Position numbers and translations under genes: made by a program. Below the pieces are notes generated by a model. That model was not told the origin of the DNA, searched no databases, and saw nothing but the letters and a program-made list of their open reading frames with translations. From Azolla caroliniana (Eukaryota; Plantae; Polypodiophyta), in assembly GCA_043228905.1 (NCBI GenBank), contig JBHGNT010000155.1:1-64000 (forward strand): a stretch of 64,000 nucleotides of DNA, given 5' to 3'. Shown piece by piece: positions 47,544-58,122 of the stretch (position 1 is its first letter; every line of letters begins with the position of its first letter).

Positions 47544-49961
47544 CGTCACACTAAATTTAAAATAAATAAATAAAATAAAATAAAAAACAATAATGCAAAA
47601 GCGAGGAGTGAATGGATGAAAGAGCGAGGAGCGAAAAGGTACGTAGTGGGCATTTAAAGCGCTACCATAGGACATAATGTTATTTTAGTACACGACATGC
47701 ACACACTCAAAAAAGGCGCCAGAATGCAAAGACAAAAACCACTGCGCGTAGAGACCCTTTACTTTCGCGAACCCAGGAGCACAGAAGCACCAAGATGCTG
47801 CAAGATCATCAGACGAGAACCTACGCACAGAGAACCCTCGCCTTCTGAACTCTCTCTCTCTCAATCTCACTCTCATCACCATCCAACCTCGCCACCGCAA
47901 TCCGACCTCGACACAGACATGGACCCGCAAACGCTGTCGGAAGCCGCCAAGACATGGCTAAAGCAACACGGGCTCGAGGGCTTCTTGATGATGATGGAAG
48001 TACCGCCACACAAAGAAGCCGACAAAGTGATCAAAGAAATCGACACAGAGGTCATAACGGCAGAGGCGATTCGAGCGTTAACAGGACTTCCGGAGGGAGG
48101 CATACTCACGATTGACAACCCAACTCCGGAGCAACTCATCAGGTATTTTGGTGAGTACTCTCTAGCCAGCAAGGGCTACCGGACACAGGGCGGCGGAGAT
48201 ATGTTGTTCCACGAGATTGCTCGTGTGCTCCACGAATACGGCCACGTGTACCCTAGACCCCCTGTCATGCCGCAGAACCGGGCAAGGATGATCATCGCCA
48301 CCTATGAAGGGATCAAGGTGGATTGGCCGGTATTGATCGCAGACGGGTTGTGTGCGGCGATCGAGATCGTCAGAGGCAAAGACGGCAAAGAAGGCCGAGA
48401 CGGACGGAGGATATGGCACGCCGTAACGCAGTGGCTCACCTTGCTTGTGCCACCCGTCCAGCCCGTCCAGCCCAAGAAGCGAGGAAGGGTGGCGGACGGC
48501 ACCCCAAAGACGGCTTCCAAACGACAACAGTTGTTGGCCTCTAAGGCCACTAAGGGAAAGGCGGAGGATGTAGAATAGGCAGGAAAGGGGAGCGGCAGCT
48601 GGAAGCGGCCAACGGATGCGCAGGAGGAACCACCGGCACGGCCCGTAAAGGTTACACTCCGCCGACCGATGAATAGAGAAGCGGACCCCTTGGCGGCAAA
48701 ACTCAATGCCGGGACTCAGGAAGAGGAAATAGAGGAGGAGCCTACGGAGCACCTCCAACGACGATCGTCGGCAAGGACCGTTGAGGCAGCCGGGAAACGT
48801 TCGGACCCTCAGACGGAGGGAACACCGGCTCCCCATACTGAGACTCCCACACCAAGGAAGGAACCGGAACCGGTGCACATGGCACCGGAATCAGAAGCCT
48901 CGGCACCACCGGCAACACCGGCAAGTCCCATCCCGCCAGAGCCGGAAAGGTCAATGCAGCCTCCCTCGGCCAGCCAAGAAGAAGCGCAAGGGGAACCAGG
49001 ACAGCAGGGTGGTCCACGGGCAGAAATGGAATTGCAACTCGGCGCAACCAGGCGGGACCACCCATCTACAAGTGAGCCCATCTGTCAAACCTCCGTGCAA
49101 GCACAACAAGGCACCGGTAGCCTGTGGCTCCGGTGGATAGGCGAACAGATAGCCGAAGCAGTGGGGTATATTGAGGCGGAAGAAAGAGCGCAAAGTGAAC
49201 GGTTGCTCGTCACAACCGAACAACTAGAGACGGCCCGGTCCAGAATCCGGTGCCTTGAAAAAGACTTGGATCAGGTCACGACAGAGATGGCCAAAATGGC
49301 CTTAACGGCAACACAGATCCAATCACCGGTGACTCCGGTAAGTGTACAGAATAAAGAAACGGATTGACCTGTACATACCAATAAGACCCCGACAACGGAA
49401 ACCGTTCCGGCGAGAGATGCGGCGCAAGCCCAAGAGCTTGCGGAATTGAAAGATGAACTTGCTGCACAAGAGGCACTAAGGAGCCGTGAACGAGAATTGA
49501 AGACAGCGGCCGAAGCCGAATTAAAGAAGACTGCTGAGAACCTCCGCCGAGCAGAGGAGAGCCTCCGGAAAGGCCATCAAGCGTACGACCGGCTAAAGGA
49601 GGAAAAAGACAAAGTGCTGCAGGAAAAGGACAAGCTGCGGAAGACGGCGGAAACGGAAATTGAACGGCTAAAGGAAGAGCTCCGCCAGCAGAAGGACCGC
49701 GAGGACCGGGCCCGTCGACAGATCAACGCACGGCTCAAGCAAAAGACAGATGATTTTGAGCACCTGCACCGGGACTACAAACGGCTGGAAACGGAGCATA
49801 AGGAACGGATGGCCAAGCTCCAGCAGGAAGTTGATCGGGCCGCGACGGCGATCGCCGACGAACGTGCGGAAAATACAAGACGCTTGGACGAGGCGGAGAA
49901 GGTCCGAATGGAGCTCCAGAGGCAGCAGCAGGAAGAAAAAGAGAGAGCGTCAACAGTATTG

Positions 49962-50622
49962 TGACGAGAACTCGGCGCTCCTTCGGCGCAACGCTCGGCC
50001 ACAACCGAGCTTGGAATGATACACAGAAAATGGGAAATAAAGCACGACACAAAGAAGAGGAAAATACACAGGAGGTTTACATGGAAAACCCCAAACTAGG
50101 GGAAAAACCACGACAGCCCACACAGGCTACAAACTATCACTACGTTGGAATGTACAAACAGTGAGTTCACAGAGGCAACGACCTGGTGCTCACGATCTTC
50201 GCCACAGGTGGCGGTTACAACAGAGGCAGCGACCTCTCTCTCTCTCTCTCTGTACTGTTACGTGCTCACTCTACTTCTTGCACCCCCAAAAAATTGACAA
50301 AAAAAAAAAAAACTAGTTTGCCCTAAGTCATATTTATACTAATATGACTTTTCGGCTATTTACAAATATAGCCTCGATGGACTATCAGAAAACATATTTA
50401 CGAATATGTCTCTTCATCCGGTTCTCCGTAACCAGGTACTCCTCATCCGGTCTTCACCGAGTCTGCATCATCCGGCTCTCCGTAGCTGGGTACTCCTCAT
50501 CCTGTTCATACAGGGTCTGTACCATCCGGCTCTCCATAGCCGGGTTCACCTCATACGGTTTCAGCACTGTTCATCGGCACTGTTCTTCTCCCTTCCCATC
50601 CGGAGGGACCTGTCTCCCAACA
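49962..50622 (-). mobile_element. Solo LTR, Copia-3 family
   Basis: Reverse complement of a Copia-3-type LTR. TSD TATTG (49957-49961 / 50623-50627). Confidence 0.93.
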
Positions 50623-51164
50623 TATTGCAGAAATTACAAAGCACATATCAAAGGCAATTGACGCATTACAAGGCGCATGCGGAAGACAATGTCAAAATCA
50701 TCAAGCAACTGAAGGAGGAACGGCAAGTGGCGGAAACCAAATCGCAATTGGGAACGGGCCTTATTCAGTCTATCCTCCGGGCATGGCTGAATCAGAAAAA
50801 ACACTTGATTGATGAAAGCTCCGTAAGATGGTGGACAAAGTGGGCACAAAACGCGGCGGAACTCCAATTGCTACGGGCAGATGTGGCAAACCGGCGGAAG
50901 GAAGGAGATGATTGTTATACGTTGACTTCCGAGGACTTCACCGCCATACGGGACGAGCTGGCCGACGACTTCCAAGTCTTGGCGGATGAACAGCTGGCGC
51001 AGGTCAGGCAGCTCGTAGCTCAGCTAGATGATGATAGGCTAGACGCTCAAATTCAGTTTGAAAGCTACGAGCGGTCCCGGGTTCGGGAAGAAAAAGCACG
51101 GGAAGCGGCAACGGTTAACCTTAGTGATGAGGAACCGTCGCCGGTTGAGGGCCAGCCCGGAACC

Positions 51165-51878
51165 TGTTGGGAGACAGGTCCCTCCGGATGGGAAGGGAGA
51201 AGAACAGTGCCGATGAACAAACTCGGCCGAGGCCGAAACCGGATGAGGAGTACCCGGCTACGGAGAGCCGGATGATACAGTGCCGATGAACAAACTCGGC
51301 CGAGGCTGATAGGCCGAGGCCGAAACCGGATGAGGAGTACTCGGCTACGGAGAGCCGGATGATACAGACCCGGTGTGAACCGGATGAGGAGTACCCGGCT
51401 ATGGAGAGTCGGATGGTGCAGACCCAGTGAGAACCGGAGGAAGAGACATATTCGTAAATATGTTTCTGAGAGCCTATCGAGGCTATATTTGTAAATAGCC
51501 GAAAAGTCATATTAGTATAAATATGACTTAGGGCAAACTTTTAGTAGTTGTTGTTATTTTCTGTTTTGCACGAGATTAGTATGCGTAACTGTACAGAGAG
51601 AGAGAGAGAGAGAAAGAGGTCGTTGCCTCTGTTGTAACCGCCCCCTGTGGCGAAGATTTGTGAGCACGAGGTCGGTGCCTCAGTGAACTCACTGTTGTAT
51701 ATCCCTACATAGTGACAGTTTGCAACCTGTGGGCTGCCATGGTTTTTCCCCTAGTTTGGGGTTTTCCACGTAAACCTCCTGTGTATTCTCTTCTTCTTCT
51801 TGTCGTGGTTTTTCTGTGTATCATTCTAAGCTCGGTTGTGGCCGAGCGTTGTGCATTAGGAGCGTTGAGTTCCCGTCA
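51165..51878 (+). mobile_element. Solo LTR, Copia-3 family
   Basis: TGTTGGGAGACAGG...CCCGTCA. TSD GAACC (51160-51164 / 51879-51883). Confidence 0.93.
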
Positions 51879-52152
51879 GAACCAATCAACCGGAGACCAC
51901 TACGACGAAGGGAGCAACGACGGAGACGTCGGTGTCAGAGTAACAAACGGAGGAGCGGCCGCAGCAGCCATCAACGGACCCGTCGCAGCAGACATCAACA
52001 GAGCAACAATAGCAGCAACAACAACAACAACAACCAATTCCAGATGAACCATTGGAGACTCTCGAACAAAGCATTCTAGATATTTTGGACGAAGAATGCA
52101 AGGGTCGGTTGTGGATTCGACGTACAAGGTACTGTCCCACGGGCGTGCCATG

Positions 52153-52587
52153 TGTTACCGGCCGGCAAAGGAGTCCAGAGTGGGAAACGGAGAGTTATTT
52201 AAGTAGTAGGAATGTGGTTGTAATTAAGCTATGAGTGTGGACGGACGGACCGGAATCGGTATGCCGTTCCGGATCCGGACCGATCCCGAACAGGTGCGGA
52301 TGGCACCGTTTTGTAATACAGACCGGAAACCTATTTAAAGGCCCAGATACAATGTAATGAATGGCGGTTCATTAATAAAAGCTTAGCGTTGTTATCTCTT
52401 TGTGTTAATTGCCGTTCTGTCTTAATTGTTATATCTTACGCGTGTGATTATGAAAGACGATCATGCTAAGTAACTTAATTAAGTCGGATTAAGCGTTGAG
52501 TCTAATCCGGTTGCCGTAACACCCTTTGGTGAAGTGTCTTCCGTAGACACTCTGTGTTAGGCCATTGTCCGGCCCTAAGAGTTAACA
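52153..52587 (+). repeat. 3' LTR of element C
   Basis: TGTTACCGG...GTTAACA with TATTTAAA and AATAAA. Termini resemble the element B LTR. Confidence 0.75.
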
Positions 52588-53569
52588 ACAACGATGTACA
52601 GGTTGAAGAAATATTGAATGACTCATAACTATGACCTGAGAGGGTTTGTTTCTGAATAGAGCTACTTTCGTTGTTGCCTATGAATATGGATACCTTGCAA
52701 TGTGTCTAGGGAATAGATTGTAATTGCTGGACTGTTTTCTCTATGTTGGAGTATATAGATTTGTTTCTGCAACCGTTGTCTACACAAGACGGGCTTGGGA
52801 AAAAATACTTTGCATGATGTAACCGTTATGACCTTTCTTTATAACTAATGGAAGGATAATTTGTTTTGAAAAAAGAAAAAAAACCTCTGACTTGAGATCC
52901 TTTGCAAAAGTGGTTGTGGTGCCCAAAGGCAGATTCAGAGCTGTAAATACATTTGCAACTATATATCTAAAGTCTGCCTGAAAAAGTAAAAATGCCACTC
53001 ATTAAGGCTGTTTCAAAACAAGTCATCAATATCAAAGAGAATTGTTCAAAATATACTTGCCTTAATAATGTCAATTCCTATCTTTCCTGAATAGGTAGGT
53101 TAACTATTGATAATTTATCTAATGTAGCCCCAGCTTACATTTGGAGCAAAGGAAGATTGTATTAGCAAAATTCATACGATTGCAAAAAGACACCAAACAT
53201 TAAGAATAAAAATTAAATGAGAAATTAGATGCTTAGATAATGAGATTCTCTAGTACCTTAAGCAGTTCTACCAATTTCGTAATATTGATTTTGATTTTGT
53301 TATTTTCAAAAACGAGACAACAAGTTTAAGATGTAATCTCTTATTCGGTCTCATAGGACATTTTCCCCTCTCATTGGTAATGAAATATGAAGAGCAATGG
53401 TGCTTCAAAATGTTCTTGCTAAAACTCAAGAGAACATAGAGGGAATTTGTTCAAGGACAACTATACAACCATAATAGCTCATCAACAAAGAACCATTACG
53501 ACTTTCTTTAGCTCCATCACTCCTCATGCTACAAGTCAATCAAGGGTTACACAAGTGGGGTCTCCACCA

Positions 53570-56105
53570 AGACAATAAAAACAGATATATTAGATAGGGC
53601 AATAAAAAAATTACAGCATAGGAAATCCATGGACCACACATGATTGCGAGCTAAGCACATCATATATGCTCGAGAGTGCCTAGCCCCCTTTCTCACTCTA
53701 ATCTTCAACCGCACCCTCGCCGAGGGTTTTCCACCACAATGGACCATGAACACAGTGGCCCCTATACATAAAGGAGGGGACCCAATGGATCCAATGGACC
53801 CAATGGACCCAAATACATATAGGACCATTATGATAGGCCATACGGTCGCTAAACTATATGGTGCGGTAATGGAAGCGGAGCTTAGCAATTATATGGAAAC
53901 ATTAAGTCTTCGAGCACCTGAGCAGGTTGGCTTTAGACGAGCCTTCTCCACTATTCACCGTATCTTCACACTTAGGTGCTTAATTGACCAGACGAAGGCT
54001 CGTAAGAGGAAACTATATTGTTGCTTTGTGGACTTCCGCAAAGCCTTTGACACAGTTCCTAGGGAGAAGTTGTTTGATAGACTTAAGAGCTTGGAGATAC
54101 CAAATGACATGATTTGGGCCATTTATGCCCTATATGAGCAAGTCTTTGGGTGTATAAGATGCCCAGGTGGCCTATCTGATTGTTTCACTAGCACCATTGG
54201 TGTAAAATAGGTTGCCCCCTATCACCGACTCTTTTTGGGATCTACATTGATGAGATCACTGATTTTATTGCTCGTAAGGGAGGCAAGGGAGTAGCTATTG
54301 GGGATACGCAAGTTAGTCTCTTACTCTACGCGGACGACATTGTCTTCCTCTCGAAGTTAGAACACGACCTACAAAAGCATCTTAATGCCCTAGATGACTT
54401 TTGTACACAACGAGGACTGGTAGTGAATCTAGAGAAAACTAAAGTCCTTATCTTTCATACATCATCCCGAGTTAGGAGTAAATGTCACCTAATCCTCTCT
54501 CATAAACTAGTTGAGGTAGTTGGATCATATGTATACTTGGGAGTCACTTTTAGTGCTCGCTCAGGTAAATTCTCGATGACCCAGGTAGCCAAAGGTAGGC
54601 TAACGAGAGGGTATGCATCCCTCTCACTCTTAGAGAGACAATGCCATCAGGCATACTTTCAAGAGCCACAGACTAAGGGATGGCTCTTCGACTCATTAGT
54701 GGCCGCTTCCCTCATGTATGCATTAGTCGTATGGGCTCCAGGTCTACCATCTTTCATGTGGACGCAATTAGAGAGACCTTTGGTGACGATGTTATGACGT
54801 CAACTCCGAAGCAAATCGACAGTACCACATGACATTATTAGAGCAGAGTTTAGTCTGCCCCCGATGTTAGTAGAAGCATTGTTTCAAGTGGTAGTTTTTA
54901 TTCATCGGATACATAACCAACCACAAGATAGGATATCACGTCGAGCCTTTGAGGCATCTCGATCCCTACATGCGTCTGGAGACACTAGCTCTTGGTATAG
55001 CACTGTGGTGAGTTGGTTACTTGCAAACGGCATAGACATTAATAACCTACCCCCCCTTAAGTACAACCATGGGACTAATCAAACTCTAATATCTCATGAA
55101 GACCGTAATAAAGTGATATGCCAAGAAATATGGCAAATTTACACTCGATATAAATGGATCACCCCACAAGAGCCACTCCCATCTAAAATGTTGTACTATA
55201 AGGAACACTTCTTGCACTTCTCTTAATTAGGTTTTATTACACGACCAAGATATCTAGATACATTCTTATCAAATGCACTAAGGGTTGCCATTGGACAACT
55301 TAGGATATCATCTCACCAACTTGAGATTGAGAATGGTCGGGCTAATAGAGTCCCTAGGGAGGAAAGACTATGTAAGTTGTGCCACATAGAGATAGAGTAT
55401 GAGTATCACTTCACATGCAAGTGCCCAACTTATGCCGAGATACGAGTGGAATACCAAGACACATTAGGACCCTCTCCCACCCTCTCCAAACTATTAGATA
55501 CCCCAGATGTAAAGAGACTAGGTAGGTATATCTTAGAGCTAAAACAACATAAGGAGAATAAATTACAAAGTGTTAACCATAACCCTTTTACTATTCATCA
55601 ACTTGTGACTAGTGTAATTTTTCAGGGGAGGCGATGAATGTGGATACACTTACGCCGCTCGGCTTCTCTCTTGAGGAAACCGAAACACAAAGAACAACCA
55701 AATGCCCTTTGATGTTGGGTTTCAAAACAAGTCGACACAGAGTAGAAAGGATTAAGAAGATAAGGGAACGTGACCTACGTTGACAAGAAGCTATGGTTGG
55801 GGTACCTTTTACATTGGGGCCACGGGCCACATCCACATCGAAACCCTTTGACCTCCCGCTTCTCTTCGAGAGACTTGGATGGAAATGAAATTAGGCCTAG
55901 TATAACATCATTTTCATTGTAGAAAATTTTTGTTATTTTTATTTTACTAGAACAATTTAGCTTAAAACACTATTTTTATTTTTATTTTTATTACTTTCGA
56001 TGAATGGGTAAATATCCCATTTTTTGTTGTAAACCATTTGTCTCATGGGCCAATTTTGGCCTTAGAAGACGTTAATATACTTTCTTTCTCTCTCTCTCTC
56101 TCTCT
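53570..56105 (+). mobile_element. 5'-truncated LINE (RT domain, C-terminal CCHC, 3' UTR, (CT)n tail), degenerate
   Basis: PIHKGG, YRTI, EQVGFR, CCFVDFRKAFDTV, GVK*GCPLSP, LLYADD, YVYLGV and SSHQLEIENGR..C..C..EYHFTCKC. The 5' boundary is approximate. Confidence 0.9.
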
Positions 56106-56701
56106 CCACTCTGTCTTGTCTCTCTGTAACTCTTTTGCTATAGAAACTATAACACTATTCTACACACTTTGTTCTATAGTAATTATGTGTTTGCCCTAAG
56201 TGTATTTATACTTATACACTATATTTCTAACAAACTCCCCTTCACTCCTATGGGTGGAGTCGATCAGCCATGTCCTCTATCGACAGACTTAGATTCTATC
56301 CATCGGTAGGTTCTTTTTCAACATGTCGGATCCATTGTCATCAATATGGATCTTCACAAGGGTGAACTCTCCTTCCTCCATTTTCTCCCACAACCAATGA
56401 TACCTTCTTTGTGTCATAACTAGACCCGAACCCATAACCTTTTGTTACACGGGTCGAGACTTTACCATTAGGTTATGAATTGTAATTTGAAGGATATTAT
56501 TTTCATTTAGGTTTTATTGGGAAATTGATGTATATTCCAGATTTCTCTGGAACATTCTAGAAACTTCAGGAGTATTCCTGAAGACACTATAAAAGGAGGC
56601 GCAAGGCATTAGTTCGAACCAAATCGGTTCAACGCCAGTCTTAAGCCTTCTAACTACTGTTGTATATCTTCCTTCATATAATACATATATCTTTCGCATC
56701 A

Positions 56702-56737
<36 letters not shown>

Positions 56738-56952
56738 ACTCACTCATTCCTTCTCTCAAAGTTCGACACCTCTCATAGTACTAATCCTTCTCTGTCTTAG
56801 TACTATTCCCCAACAATAGTACTAATCCTTCTTTTAGTACTAATTCCTTCTCAGCCTTAATAGAGTTCCTGACAGTTTGAACCGATTTTACTGTCTGGTC
56901 TTTTCTCTCCCTCCTTTCCTACTAGTCTCTTATTTCCCTTTTCCTTCATCCC

Positions 56953-58122
56953 ATGGCCACCGTTAGCGCTGAAGAGTATCAATCCGTTTTCTCGGAATTT
57001 CAATGCTTGAAAGAGAAGTTTCATGCTTTGGAACAAGAAAATCAACGCTTGTTGGGGGATCTTCAGCAAATTTCCTTAGAAAAGCAGCAAACGCAACAAC
57101 AGCATGGGGAACTTGCGTTACGCGTGCAACAACTCGAAGCAACCATCGTAGCAATGCAACAACAAGGGCACGGAGCACAAGGGATTCATAAAGAACCCAA
57201 GATTGGCCTTCCCACGAAGTTCGATGGAACGCGATCGCAGTTTAGAGGGTTTCTTAACCAGGTACGGTTAGTTATTCAAATGCATCCGTCCCGATATCCC
57301 ACCGATGCATCACGAGTGGGTTTAGTAGGCACGTTGTTAAATGGCTCAGCATTAGCATGGTTCGCTCCGCTACTAGAAAAGGAATCTCCAGTACTAAATA
57401 ATTTTGAAGAATTCATAAGTGAGTTTAAAGCATGTTTTGGAGATACTGACAGCATAAGGACTGCAATCAACAAAATCCGGCGATTACGCCAAGGTGACCG
57501 TCCAGCCTCCGCATATGCTGCAGATTTCCGCCTACTCGCCACCGATATCCCCTGGGATGATCAAGCATTGATGGAGCAGTTCCGCTATGGTCTACGCAAC
57601 GATGTCAAAGATTTACTCTTGACTTTCCCTGAAGAGCCAAAATCATTAACAGAAGCAATCAGTCGAGCGGTCAGATGTGACAACCGCCTCTTCGAGCGAC
57701 GTTCGGAACGACAATTTCAGATGCCGAGGGCAAGATCCGAGCCTACCTATGCCTCAGTGGTAGCAAAACCTTTTCAAAGGGAGTCACATAATGCGCCTCC
57801 AGTAAGTACTCCAACTCCAATGGAAATTGACACTACACGTCGTCGTGGGCCGCTATCGGAGGAGGAAAAGCAACGACGCCGAACAAACCGATTATGCCTT
57901 TATTGCGGTGGACCAGGGCATATCGCGATAAACTGTCCCCATAGACCAAGAAGGCAGGTAAACCAAGTCGTTGTTAGTTCTGACTATACTAAACCCGAGT
58001 CTATTTCAGTAGGAATCTCTGATAGTCCTCATAGTCATAATAGTCTTAATAGTACTAATAGTCCGAATCTCGCAAACAAATTTGATGTCCTTAGCCAATT
58101 AGAAGAAGAGTTAAACGACTAA
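56953..58122 (+). CDS. gag: Chromovirus gag (retrotransposon gag, CCHC knuckle)
   Basis: PTKFDGTR, LRQG..SAYAADF, FRYGL, PMEID, CLYCGGPGHIAINCP. Confidence 0.95.
   Translation: MATVSAEEYQSVFSEFQCLKEKFHALEQENQRLLGDLQQISLEKQQTQQQHGELALRVQQLEATIVAMQQQGHGAQGIHKEPKIGLPTKFDGTRSQFRGFLNQVRLVIQMHPSRYPTDASRVGLVGTLLNGSALAWFAPLLEKESPVLNNFEEFISEFKACFGDTDSIRTAINKIRRLRQGDRPASAYAADFRLLATDIPWDDQALMEQFRYGLRNDVKDLLLTFPEEPKSLTEAISRAVRCDNRLFERRSERQFQMPRARSEPTYASVVAKPFQRESHNAPPVSTPTPMEIDTTRRRGPLSEEEKQRRRTNRLCLYCGGPGHIAINCPHRPRRQVNQVVVSSDYTKPESISVGISDSPHSHNSLNSTNSPNLANKFDVLSQLEEELND

Larger units (their letters stand above)
47919..52100 (+). pseudogene. Element C accessory ORF (~930 codons reconstructed), split by stops and two solo LTRs
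   Basis: Pieces starting at 47697, 48669, 49446, 50628 and 52052 fall into one frame once the insertions of 666 and 719 bp are removed. Confidence 0.78.
45558..52587 (+). mobile_element. Non-chromovirus, Athila-like Ty3/Gypsy 'element C', 3' portion: RH-INT, accessory ORF, 3' LTR
   Basis: VFVDASDIAIG/YASRKL/NYSTTERE RNase H. INT with ISDQGGHF, QANGLAE, WTGPY and VNGFRLKPY, no chromodomain. LTR 52153-52587. Confidence 0.88.

Noticed and set aside
53779-53812. DPM-DPM-DP 9-bp repeat in LINE RT
   Set aside because: A local slippage expansion in a dead copy, with no sign of function.
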